DNA from: Felis catus
Lineage: Eukaryota
Assembly: GCF_018350175.1 (NCBI RefSeq)
Contig: NC_058369.1
Location: 21,578,001-21,642,000, forward strand
Direction of reading: 5' to 3'
Length of the DNA: 64,000 nucleotides
Of the stretch, positions 25,083-36,038 are shown piece after piece. The position numbers were made by a program, and so were the translations under genes. The notes below the pieces were generated by a model. It was not told the origin of the DNA. It saw nothing but the letters and a program-made list of their open reading frames with translations, and ran no database searches. Position 1 is the first letter of the stretch; the number at the start of each line of letters is the position of its first letter.

Positions 25083-25195
25083 AGACCCAGTTCCTGTCTT
25101 CATGAAGTTTACAATAGTATATACAAGAACAATGCATCAGGGCATTGTCGAGTTCTCCCACAAGGAGCAATAAGGAAAAACATCACTGGAGTAGA

Positions 25196-25435
25196 TTTTT
25201 TTTTAATTTTTTTTTTTTAATTTTTTTTTTCAATGTTTTTATTTATTTTTGGGACAGAGAGAGACAGAGCATGAACGGGGGAGGGGCAGAGAGAGAGGGA
25301 GACACAGAATCGGAAACAGGCTGCAGGCTCTGAGCGGTCAGCACAGAGCCCGACGCGGGGCTCGAACTCACGGACCGCGAGATCGTGACCTGGCTGAAGT
25401 CGGACGCTTAACCGACTGCGCCACCCAGGCGCCCC
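25196..25435 (-). mobile_element. Young SINEC_Fc-like Can-SINE
   Basis: CpG-rich; perfect TSD tggagtagatttt. Confidence 0.95.
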
Positions 25436-26409
25436 TGGAGTAGATTTTAATATTCTCTACAGTGTGCCTTCAAAGCATATACAATAAATTAAATTTTTTA
25501 ATTTAAATACAAAAGTGAGCTGAAAATAAGATAATTTCATATAGTGATAAATGCCATAAAGAAAACCAAACAGCCATATGAAAGTAGTACCTGGAGTGAA
25601 GGTAAGCATATTGAAGCAAGTTTCACCCCTGAGCTGAAGCCCCTATCATCCTATGACGAAAAGGAACTAACTATAATAAACTTGGTGTGCTTGGAGGGAC
25701 AGAAAAAACATGGGAAAGCAGTGGAAACATGGCAGAGACGGGTAGGGGACAAATCACCAAAGGCATTACAGGCCACAAAAGGAGTTTGGATTTTACTGTA
25801 ACGACTACGGAAAGTCACTGGCAGGCTCTAAGCCTGGGAGTGACAAGATGGAATCTGACTAAACATGATAGCTTCTTGTTTTGCACACAATGCATTTTCG
25901 TGGGGAAAGAAATGTTACAGACGGTGGTACTGCAATGCTGCCTGTGTGCCTCCATCAGCCGTAGTTACCCACCACCTGCTCTCTGCTAGGCTGTGCGAGG
26001 TACTGATGGGGAGGAAAACATGGTCTCTGACCTTGAGCTCACGTTCTGGTAGAGATGAGAAACACTGAATACATAATTACAACTGTAATATTTGTAAGAG
26101 TAGAATACTAGCACATGAGCACCCAGGGTAAAGGGTAGTTAATGTGGCCAAGAGCAGTCTAGGAAGGGAGACCTCACACACGACTGGAGTCTTACAGGGC
26201 AAGCAGGGATTTCCTCAGTGCATTCCACTCTGCACAACACCCAAGCCACTGATGGGACAGAAGAAAATGTAGGGGCTGTAAAGGCTCTTTCTTTTAAAGT
26301 ATATTATATAGAAATTTTATGGTGGAATGGTGGGGTGGGGGGGGACGTTAACACATAAAACTTGCAACTGTAAGTTCACAGCTACTACTTAAATAAAATT
26401 TTATTAAAA

Positions 26410-26695
26410 ACTTCAAAAGCACAAACTTCCAATTATAAAATAAATTAAGTCCTGGGATGTAACGTACAGCACAGCGATTATAGTTAATAATACTGTATTG
26501 CATATATGCTAAGAGAGTAAATCTTAAAAGTTCTCATCACACACACAGAAAAAAGATTTGTAATTGTGTGTGGTGAAGAATGTTAACTAGACTTGCTGTG
26601 GTCATCATCCCCTAATATATACAAATATTGAATCATTGTGTTGCACACCTGAAACCAATACAATGCTGCATGTCAACCATATCTCAATTTTAAAG
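26410..26695 (+). mobile_element. L1 3' UTR fragment (L1MA/L1_Carn-like)
   Basis: tatagttaataatactgtattg, ttctcatcac and tgttgcacacctgaaac motifs. Confidence 0.85.
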
Positions 26696-26842
26696 TTAAT
26701 TATCTTTTAAAAAGAACTTCAATTATGTGGTGTTCCCGCCACACAAAAATGCAAGTCTACATGTCACTTCAACAAGTGGATCTGTGCTGTGTGTGTGTGT
26801 GTCTGTGTGTGTTACTCGTCATGAGCTGAGATTAAAAACTTG

Positions 26843-27032
26843 TTTTATTTTTTTTTTAATTTACTTATTTTGAGAGATGAGGCACAGAGAGAGGGAGAGA
26901 GAGAATCCCCAGCAAGCTTCATGCTGTCAGCGCAGAGACCAACGCAGGGCTTGATCCCACGAACTGCGAGATCATGACCTGAGCCAAAATCAAGAGTCAG
27001 ACACTCAACCAACAGCACCACCCAGGTGCCCC
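26843..27032 (-). mobile_element. Can-SINE
   Basis: Reverse-complement SINEC. Confidence 0.9.
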
Positions 27033-27224
27033 TAAAAATTTTTATTAATACCAACTTTTCTCGCAGCCATTTTTATACTCTCCCCATCTCAAACAAAAAC
27101 AGGGTTTCATCAAAATTTTCAAAGAAAAAATCCAAATACTCTCCACTTAGATTCAAAAATGATTAACTATTTCCCGATTAGCTTTATCTGTGTATACGTA
27201 CGTACATATATGTATACTTCTGAG

Positions 27225-27390
27225 CTATCTGGAAGTATTGGAGACATCATGACACCTCACCTCTAAACGCTTCAGCTGCTGTCCCCCAGGAATAAGGGCA
27301 TTCTCCTATATAATCACAATGCCATTAGCACACCTAAAAAAAATAAAAAGGAAAAATAATCAACAATTACTTAATATCATCTACTATCAG
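27225..27390. mobile_element. L1MC-like 3' UTR remnant
   Basis: gacatcatgacacctcacctctaaa...aataagggcattctcctatataatcacaat resembles L1MC4/5 end. Confidence 0.6.
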
Positions 27391-27418
27391 GTACCTAGTT
27401 TTAAAAATATTTAAGTAT

Positions 27419-27643
27419 GGGGGTGCCTGGGTAGCTCAGTTGGTTAAGCATCCAACTTTGGCTCAGGTCATGATCTCATGGCTTGTGAGTTCAAGCCCCG
27501 TGTCGGGCTCTGTGCTGATAGCTCAGAAGCTGGAGCCTGCTTCAGATTCTGTGTCTCCCTCTCTCTCTCTGCCCCTCCCTCACTCATGCTCTGTCTCTCC
27601 CAAGAATAAACATTAAAAAAATAATTTAAAAAATTTAAAAAAT
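27419..27643 (+). mobile_element. Can-SINE
   Basis: TSD aaaatatttaagtatg. Confidence 0.95.
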
Positions 27644-28675
27644 AAAAATATTTAAGTATGAAGAAAGGGCTTTGTTGAAAACCTTACTGAAGTATTTTAA
27701 TAAACTGATTAGATTTATTACTTGTATTTCATTATTTTTCATTTTTAAATGTAATAATACTTTATGAAATTTAAGTTAAAAATCAAATATTCAAAAGTCA
27801 ACTTTTTAATATTAAAAGTGATTATGGTAATTGAATACGACAAAGAGCATGAAAGTGCTACACGCAAGATTGACATTTCTGAAGTCCTGTGTTAGTGGAA
27901 GGACACTCTAGACAGAGGGACATCCATGGAAAAGGATTTGCAGAAGAGCAGGGTCTCGGTGCGGCTGGGGGCGGGGGGAAGCATGTGAGAGAGAGGGAGA
28001 TGAGTGGGACAGGTCACACAAGAGGAGCTCTTCGAAGATTCTGCATGCTTTCCGGAGGAGTTTGGACTTCATCCCCACTGGCAGTGAGAGTTCTCCATGA
28101 TAAAATCAAATTTGTTTAGAGAGCTCTATCTGGCCACAGTGTCAGATTAACTGGAGAGCAGGGAGGATGGGGGGACCATTTGGAGTCAATAGAACAATGT
28201 TTACATTTTTCACTACAAATACTTAACATTTTAGTAACACTGTGGGTTGAATAAACCTGCTATACTGGTCAAGGGACAAAACAAAAACAGTAAAATTAAA
28301 CTAAGTTTATCTTGAATGTTCATGTCATAGAAATGCAGCTTTAAAGACAGAAAAGTACAGTCAGAAGAGACATGTAAATTTTGAAAGAAGCCGTTGGGCA
28401 CTTCTGAAGGTTTCAGCATTTAATGGAGCTGGCTCTTTTAATACCCAGTTTCACTTTCCAAAGTGGCTTTCCGTTTCCTTGGCAGATTCATCACTGGCAC
28501 TAATTTTATGTTTATCAGTCACAATTAAAAATTTCCAAAGGAAAACCAATGGGAAAGAGGTGGGTGCAAAACATAAAGCGATTTTCAAATACACAGAGTG
28601 CCCTCAGGGCAGTACTAGAAGTAACTGCAGAAGCTCCCTGTACAGAGTCCAGGCGCTGGATGCCAAATCTGCCCC

Positions 28676-28919
28676 GAGAAGGAGGAAGAGAAGGAGGAGG
28701 AGGAGGAGGAGGAGGAGGAGGAGGAGGAGGAGGAGGAAGGGAGGGAGGGAGGGAGGGAGGGAAAGGAGGGAGGAGGAGGGGGAAGGATGGGGGAGGGGAG
28801 GGGGAGGAGGGAGTAGGAGGGGGGAGGATGGAGGAGGGGAGGAAGGAGAGGAGTGGGGAGGAGGTGGGAGGGGGAGGAAGGAGAGGAGTGGGGAGGAGGT
28901 GGGAGGGGGAGGAGGAGGG
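28676..28919 (+). repeat. Polypurine low-complexity tract: (GGA)15 plus a perfect 35-bp tandem duplication
   Basis: GGA run at 28693-28737; identical units at 28836-28870 and 28871-28905. Confidence 0.95.
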
Positions 28920-30276
28920 CAGCCCTGGGAGGCTGGCTAAGCAACAGGGCAGGATGGGATGCTAGCCCTTTACTCCCTTCCCCCAGGAGACCTCTAGTTT
29001 CATTTAGGTTACATATCAGGCTTCCTAGAAAGATTTCATTTGAACAAAGGGTTCCATAGCTTTAAAAACGTTTGAAAGCTAACAAGTCTGAGTTGCATGA
29101 ATGTTCTTAAGTCAGAGGCTGGTAACTGAAGAAGACTGAGTTCCACAGGAGAGCTGCCGCACGATGAAACAAACACCATTACTACCATCGCTGAGGAGGA
29201 ACGTAGAGAAGGAGATCTCGGCAGACAGGCCTACTGGAGGAGTAGCAGCTTTGGGGTAGAATAAGGAATTGTTTTGGACCTGTGCATTTTGAGGGACCAG
29301 TGGGGCATTCAAATTGGAAAGGTCCAGACAGTAAAGGACATGTGGATACAAAGCTTAACAGAAAGGTTTAAGAGGGCTAGGTGGTCTAAACGTGGATGAA
29401 TCCACCAAGAGAGCTGTAAACAGAGAAACAAGGGTGGGTCTGAAAAGGTCATGGAAGGCAAAAGAAAAGGGTCTTCCTCAAGACAGGACCCTGTGGGGCC
29501 ATCCACACACAGGGCCACTTTAGGAGGAGACCCTGAATTTGCAATAGCTTGTGTCCGATAGCAGAGAGGGCACAGGCTAGACTGGTTAGAAATGGTTTTC
29601 TACAAAGCAGAGGCTACAGAAGGGCAAGGGGGTAAGAGTAAGGGTACTGGCTAGGAAGCAAGTGAAAGACTGGACAATGGGTCCAGATCTGAAGGGGCTG
29701 GAACTCAGAGAAAAAGGAGATCACAATGAGATGGGGGAGTATGGAAGCCTCCTGAGGAGGCTGTAGAAAAACACCACACCAGAATCTAAGATTTCACTAG
29801 TAGAGGTATTCTGGAAAGAGCTCCTTTTAGACATGTTAATAGGAAGCCAAGATGAGGGTAGACTGGGCGGGGACATTGGGACAAGGTCTTCAGAACCCTG
29901 TAGTGCCTTAAGGCCCTGGGTCTGGCAGCAAGAGTCATGCAACCCTCCTCAAGCACTCATTGCAAAAAAGGGAGATCCACCCTACAAGGGAAGGCCACAA
30001 GAGCCCACCCAACTCTCCATTCCCTTGTCATGCCCACTACTGGCAACCGGATCTGACAACTGAGTCATTTAAAGCTGCTCTCAGTTCACCCTGGAGACCC
30101 TACGTGCCCCTTAAGGAAAAAGCACCCTCCCACCCCTGTAACATCTAGGAGCAGATCTGTTTCCCAATTTATGTACAATGTTATTTGTATTAATAATAAA
30201 AACTATGTACATTTTAAATGTAAATATAACTCATCATTGAAGACTGGGAAACCAGCTTTAAAAAGGAAACAAAATG

Positions 30277-30499
30277 GGGGGGGCGCGTGGGTGGCTCAGT
30301 CGGTTGGGCGTCTGACTTCGGCTCAGGTCATGATCTCGCGGTCCGTGGGTTCGAGCCCCGCGTCGGGCTCTGTGCGGACAGCTCAGAGCCTGGAGCCTGT
30401 TTCGGATTCTGTGTCTCCCTCTTTCTCTGACCCTTCCCTGTTCATGCTCTCTCTCTCTCTCTGTCTCAAAAATAAATAAATGTTAAAAAAAATTTTTTT
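30277..30499 (+). mobile_element. Young Can-SINE
   Basis: CpG-rich; perfect TSD aaaaaggaaacaaatgg. Confidence 0.95.
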
Positions 30500-30748
30500 A
30501 AAAAGGAAACAAAATGGAAATAATAAACATTAATTACATTGAGAAGTTGAGGCGTTCAAATATCATAAATGACCATAATCACAACAACAAAACACCCCTC
30601 AAAGTTTTTCAAATTTCTACCTTTAGTTACCAGACTACCTACTCCTGCCCATTTTGCTCAATAATAAAAATGAAAACGAATAAAAAGGAAACTATACTCC
30701 TGGAAAGAACACCTATCTACTAATTTTTTTTTTTAAAAAGGAAAGGAT

Positions 30749-30833
30749 GGGGCGCCTGGCTGGCTGGGTTGGTAGAGCATATGACTCGATCTCAGGGCTG
30801 TGAGTTCAGGCCCCGTGTTGGGCAGGAAGCTCA

Positions 30834-30871
<38 letters not shown>
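30749..30871 (+). mobile_element. Short Can-SINE with long poly-A
   Basis: tRNA-like head and a pure A run of about 35 nt. Confidence 0.85.
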
Positions 30872-30873
<2 letters not shown>

Positions 30874-31151
30874 AGGTCTCATCTAACAGTTTACTCACAA
30901 ACACCAATGTTTATTTTAAAAAATTAACAAACTGACTCTGGTGTATAAATTGGGCTTTTCAAAATATCTAACTGACAATTCAGGAGCACCAATGATCCAC
31001 AATAGGGAGAGAATGGTGTAAAAGAGGTGCTCACTAGTGTCCTAGGGACGGTATCTGTCAAAGAAACTGACACATTCAGAAAAACCTTACTGACTCTAGG
31101 AAGCAACTAACCACTCTGATTTCCTTAAGAATTGAGCAGTAAGTTAAGGCA

Positions 31152-31222
31152 CAAAAAAAAAAAAAAAAAAAGAAAGAAAGAAAAAGAAAAGAAAAGGAGA
31201 AAGAAAAGAAAAGAAAAAAAAA
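31152..31222 (+). repeat. A-rich (A)n/(AAAAG)n simple repeat
   Basis: Seen directly. Confidence 0.9.
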
Positions 31223-32139
31223 TCAGGCTTCATGCCATTGTCAATTTTTCAAGGGTTTCAAGAAAGATAATCAAAAGCAGCCTTGTCAAGAAGGCAGTCG
31301 TAGGAGCGGTGATCAAGAAATGCCCCAAAGTATCTGCCCTCTTCCAGGAACAGAGTAGTCAGGAGACTCACCCATGTTTACTACACTAATACAGGCATTT
31401 AAACAATAAGAGTTAAAACAACAATGAAAGAAAAAATGTACAGCTCTTCAGCCATTCTGAAAGTGCTAACTGTTCAACGTGTAATCCTTAATTCTGTCAA
31501 ACCTGCTTTCCCTCTATGACTGGATATCTGTATTTCACAAATGCAAAGTTAAAGTAATACAATAAATTAAAAATATAAAACATTATTTATGTAGTAATAT
31601 TATTAAGTAGATTATTGAGCCTCTTTAAAAACTCACTAGTTTTCCATGAATACAGAAATGAGATGTTAAATATGGCAAAACCTCAACTAACCGGAACAGC
31701 TGGTCAATGAGTCACTGACTAATCATGCCTCTCAGATAGCTGAAGGCCTATTTACAACTTTGAATACGCAAACTTTTTTGGTTAACTGTTCTGGATAGAT
31801 GTTTTGACCCAGACCTACACTGTGAACACGTGATCACACGGTAAGATGTAATCCTAAGACACACAGGGCTCTCTGTTCCACCCAAGTGAGACCCCAGACT
31901 GTAGCAACCCCTGCTTCTACACTTTCCCGTCTTCTACCCCGTTGGCACAGTCTGCTTCCATCCGTCTCTGGCATCCCAATAACCAAGTATGTCAGGACCT
32001 GGTTCTCCCAGCTCTGCCGGCAACCTACAGAGTTCTTCCACGCAAGATAAACGAGTCCTGGTGTAGAAATCTAGAGGTTTCTGTGACCTCTATTTTACAT
32101 GCTGTGAAAATACATTTTTAAAAATGTACTTCCTCAAAA

Positions 32140-32445
32140 AGAAATTCTGATGCACATGCTACAGTACCTATGGATGACCCTCAAGGACACTACGAGGAAA
32201 CAAGCCATTCACGAGAGGACAAAAACAGTATGATTCCACATATATGAGGTGGCCAGAGTAGCCAAGTTCGTAAGAGGGAAAGTAGAATGGTGTTTGCTAG
32301 GGCCTGGCAGGGAAAGGGAAATTGGAGTTACTGTCAGTGGGCTCGGAGTTTCAGTTTGGGAAACGTTCTAGAAATGGATAGTGGTGACAACTGCCCGCAC
32401 AACATCGTGAATGTATTTAACACCACTGAATTGTACACTTTAAAA
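32140..32445 (+). mobile_element. L1MB-like 3' fragment
   Basis: gtatgattccacatatatgagg, gaaagtagaatggtg and gttctagaaatggatagtggtga motifs. Confidence 0.8.
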
Positions 32446-32497
32446 TTGTTCTCTCTCTCTCTCTCTCTCTAAAAAAATTAAAAAAAAAAAAAAAAAA

Positions 32498-33225
32498 GGG
32501 AGCACCTGAGTGGCTCAGTACGTTAAGTGTCCAACTTTGGTTCAGGTCATGATCCCACAGTTTGTGGGGTTAAGCCCTGTGTCGAGCTCTGTGCTGACAG
32601 CTCAGAGCCCTGAGCCTGCTTCAGATTCTGTGTCTCCCTCTGTCTCTGCCTCTCCCCCACTCGCACTCTCTCTCAAAAATACACATTAAAAAAAAAAGTA
32701 AGTAAACAAATAAAATGGTGAATTTGGGGGCACCTCGGTGGCTCATTAGCTTGAGCGTCTGATGTCAGCCCAGGTCATGATCTCACGGTTAGTAAGTTCA
32801 AGGCCCACATCAGGCTCACTACTGACAGCACAGAGCCCACTTTGGGTCCTCTGTTCCCCTCCCTCTCTGCCCCTCCCTCACTTGCGCGCATGTTCTCTCA
32901 AAAATAAACGTTAAAAAAAAATAAAGTGGTAAATTTTATGTTATGTATATTTTACAAGCAAAATAATTAAAAATTTTAAACATAGGGGCGCCTGGGTGGC
33001 GCAGTCGGTTAAGCGTCCGACTTCAGCCAGGTCACGATCTCGCGGTCCGGGAGTTCGAGCCCCGCGTCGGGCTCTGGGCTGATGGCTCAGAGCCTGGAGC
33101 CTGTTTCCGATTCTGTGTCTCCCTCTCTCTCTGCCCCTCCCCCATTCATGCTCTGTCTCTCTCTGTCCCAAAAATAAATAAACGTTGAAAAAAAATTTTT
33201 TTTAAATAAAAAAAAATTTTTTTTA
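32498..33225 (+). mobile_element. Three tandem Can-SINEs (32498-32697, 32726-32921, young copy 32985-33225)
   Basis: Three SINEC heads and tails; the third matches the young subfamily. Confidence 0.9.
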
Positions 33226-33604
33226 ATATAATGAAGATTTACTTCCTCACTGTGTTCACTATGTTCTAGACAGGTGACATGCTAAGTGATTCTGTGTCTT
33301 CTCCATTCAATTACCCCAAGAAGGTTATTTATTTACACACAAGCAAAAATGAGCCAAAATGGTACCTTAAAATTATGATTCCAAATTACCATATATTGTT
33401 TTTCACACGGAGAAAGCATGCTTTACAGGAAACGACCCATTAGAAAGACCACTAGTAAAAATTCAGAGGCCAGAAAGCACTCTAATGTGGGCAACAAATA
33501 GACGGGAAAAGAACGCAAAACTAGCAGTAGCTCATAGGTAGCCTTACCACTGAGGAGATGCTACACAGCGACCACCTCAAATGCTTTTTTAAAACTCTGC
33601 AGGA

Positions 33605-34165
33605 GGGGGACACCCGAGTGGCTCAGTCAGTTGAGTCGGACTTCAGTTTAGATCATAATCCCACGGTTTGTGGGTTCAAGCCCCACATTGGGCTCTCAGC
33701 ACAGAGCCCACTGCAGATCCTGTCTCCCTCTCTCTGTCCCTCCCCAGCTCGCGCTCTCTCTCCCCTTTTCTCAAAATTAAAAAAATGTAAAAGGAAAAAA
33801 CTATCCAGGGTAACAGAGTGCCTGGATGGCTCAGTGGGTTAAGCGTCCAACTCCTGGTTTCAGCTCAGGTCATGATCTCACAGTTCATAGGATGGAGCCT
33901 TGCGTCAGACTCTGCACTGACAGTGTGGAGCCTGCTTGAGATTCTGTCTCTCCCTCTCTCTCTCTCTCTCTGCCCCTCTCATATGTGCTCTCGCTCTCTC
34001 TCATACATAAATAAATGAAAAAAAAAATATTCAGGGGCACCTGCGTGGTTCAGTTGGTTGAGCCCCCCCAACTCTTGATCTTGGCTCAGCTCTTTGATCT
34101 CAGCTCCTTCCCTGTTTGTGCAGTCTTTCTCTGTCTCTCAAAATAAATAAATAAACTTTTAAAAA
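33605..34165 (+). mobile_element. Three tandem Can-SINEs (33605-33795, 33817-34028, rearranged 34033-34165)
   Basis: SINEC heads, CT tracts and A tails. Confidence 0.85.
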
Positions 34166-35079
34166 ATTAAAACAAAACTATTCAGTGTAAAAAAAAATAA
34201 TTTGGAATCCAAATCAAAATATTTGTTGGTTAACACTGTCAACTGCACGTCAGCATCAGAAACTCTTGAGGTATTTTAGTAGTTGCTAAAGTTCTCTGCC
34301 CGTCCGTCTCATGTTGTCACTCCAAGTACGTTAACTATCTTGCACTTGCAACTGCCGACAAACCACCTTCCATCTCTCATCTAAGACCCTCTCCAAACGT
34401 CATCTCAGACTAAAACCAACTTTCCCAGAATAAACAGGTACTCTGAACTGCCCTATGCCAAATCGGTTTAGCAACTAACCTTTCTCGAGATTAAGCAAAA
34501 GTGTTAAAAAGAAACCTACACACAACACAGTCCACCGTTAGAAATGCCACCTCATAGCCTCTCCCTGCACAGCCAAATAACTGACTCTGATGGTACCAAA
34601 CTTTCAAACCACAAAGTTCGGTACTTAGTATCTTTTAGCACAACATAAAGACTACATCTTTTGTTTTTTAATTACACTCTTGAGTGATCGCCTAAAGACT
34701 AAGAGAGCTCAATAAGGTTAAAAACATCGTCTTGGATAAGAGACTAGAAATTAATTATGTACAAATCTTCAGGTGCCTCTCAATTACAGGCAAAGGTTTA
34801 CACCCAAACTTGTTAAAACTTCTGCAGTGAAGTCATAATTTTTCTATTAATAACTTGTCTTTGTTCTTATTCTCTCTCCCACTTTTGTAAAATTTAAAAA
34901 TGAACTGGCAACAACCTGACCACATCCTTTTTATTTTAAATCATTTCCAATGGGGCTAGTACCACTTGAAGAAACAGAATCCTATCAAAATCCCACTCCC
35001 TAAAGTATAATGGTTCAAAATCTCCCCATAACCAAAATCCCCAGAGACCTTCGCCCAATTTAACAACTATGTATAAGGA

Positions 35080-35148
35080 GAAACATTGTTTCAATTGCAT
35101 CCCAGTTCAATGAATTCACTGAAATATTGTTTCAATAGCATCCCAGTT
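35080..35148 (+). repeat. 28-bp imperfect direct repeat
   Basis: gaaacattgtttcaattgcatcccagtt (35080-35107) and gaaatattgtttcaatagcatcccagtt (35121-35148). Confidence 0.9.
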
Positions 35149-35835
35149 AGGTAACAAATGCTACTTACAGAAAGATAACTGCCCGCCCTAACAAAGCTAC
35201 ACCATTTACTGATCATGTGCTCTTTATGTACAAAAATATTTGGCATTCAAAATACCTGCCTACATAATGGTCTGCTTTTTGGATCATATTCATTTATTTA
35301 ACATGAGCATAACATGAAGTCTTAATAAAAAGGCCAATGAAGTTTTGAGAGTTCGCCTGTTCTATAGACTTTAAAGTCAAACGATGTCTGTATCCATACC
35401 CTCGTTCTGTAGCTAAGCCCAGTCTATCACCACTGTGAAAGCAAAAGTACCCTACAGAAGCAGCAAGTTACGGACAGGAAAACCATTTTTAAAGAGAAAA
35501 ATTTAAATTCAAAGGAACAAATATTAAAAGGGGAAATGACCTTTCCTATGTATTTTGTTTCTCATTTTGCATCTTTAGTTGCAACTCTCAAAATTTAACA
35601 AGGTTTAAGTTAAACAGTTGATCATGTAAAAGCTAAGAAATCTCTAAAAAAAAAAAAAAAGGCATACACACAACCAGTGGATCAATTACTAAGTGATGAA
35701 TTACTGTCTTAACTAATGATGCTATGAATCTTGGAGTAGAGTAACCAAACCTAGCTTAGCTGTTGGCTAGTTAACTGACTGGCTTAGTCACAGAAAACAA
35801 TTATTCAGCGAAATCCATTTCACAAAAGAAAATCT

Positions 35836-36038
35836 TTTTGTTTTAAGTTTATTTTTTTGAGAGAGTGCTCGCGCAGGCACAAGTGGGAGAGGGGAAGACA
35901 GGGAGGGAGAGGGAGAATCCCAAGCAGGCTCCTCATTGTCAGCATAGAGCCACATGCGGGGCTTAAACCCACAAACCTCAAGATCATCACCTGAGCCAAA
36001 GTCAGATGCTTAACTGACTGAGCCACCCAGAAATCCCC
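35836..36038 (-). mobile_element. Can-SINE
   Basis: TSD-like aaatcttt. Confidence 0.9.

Noticed and set aside
28479..29059. Poly-Arg, poly-Gly and poly-Ser ORFs
   Set aside because: Produced by the GGA simple repeat
35080..35148. CRISPR-like repeat-spacer-repeat
   Set aside because: Only two copies, 13-bp spacer, mammalian context, no cas genes
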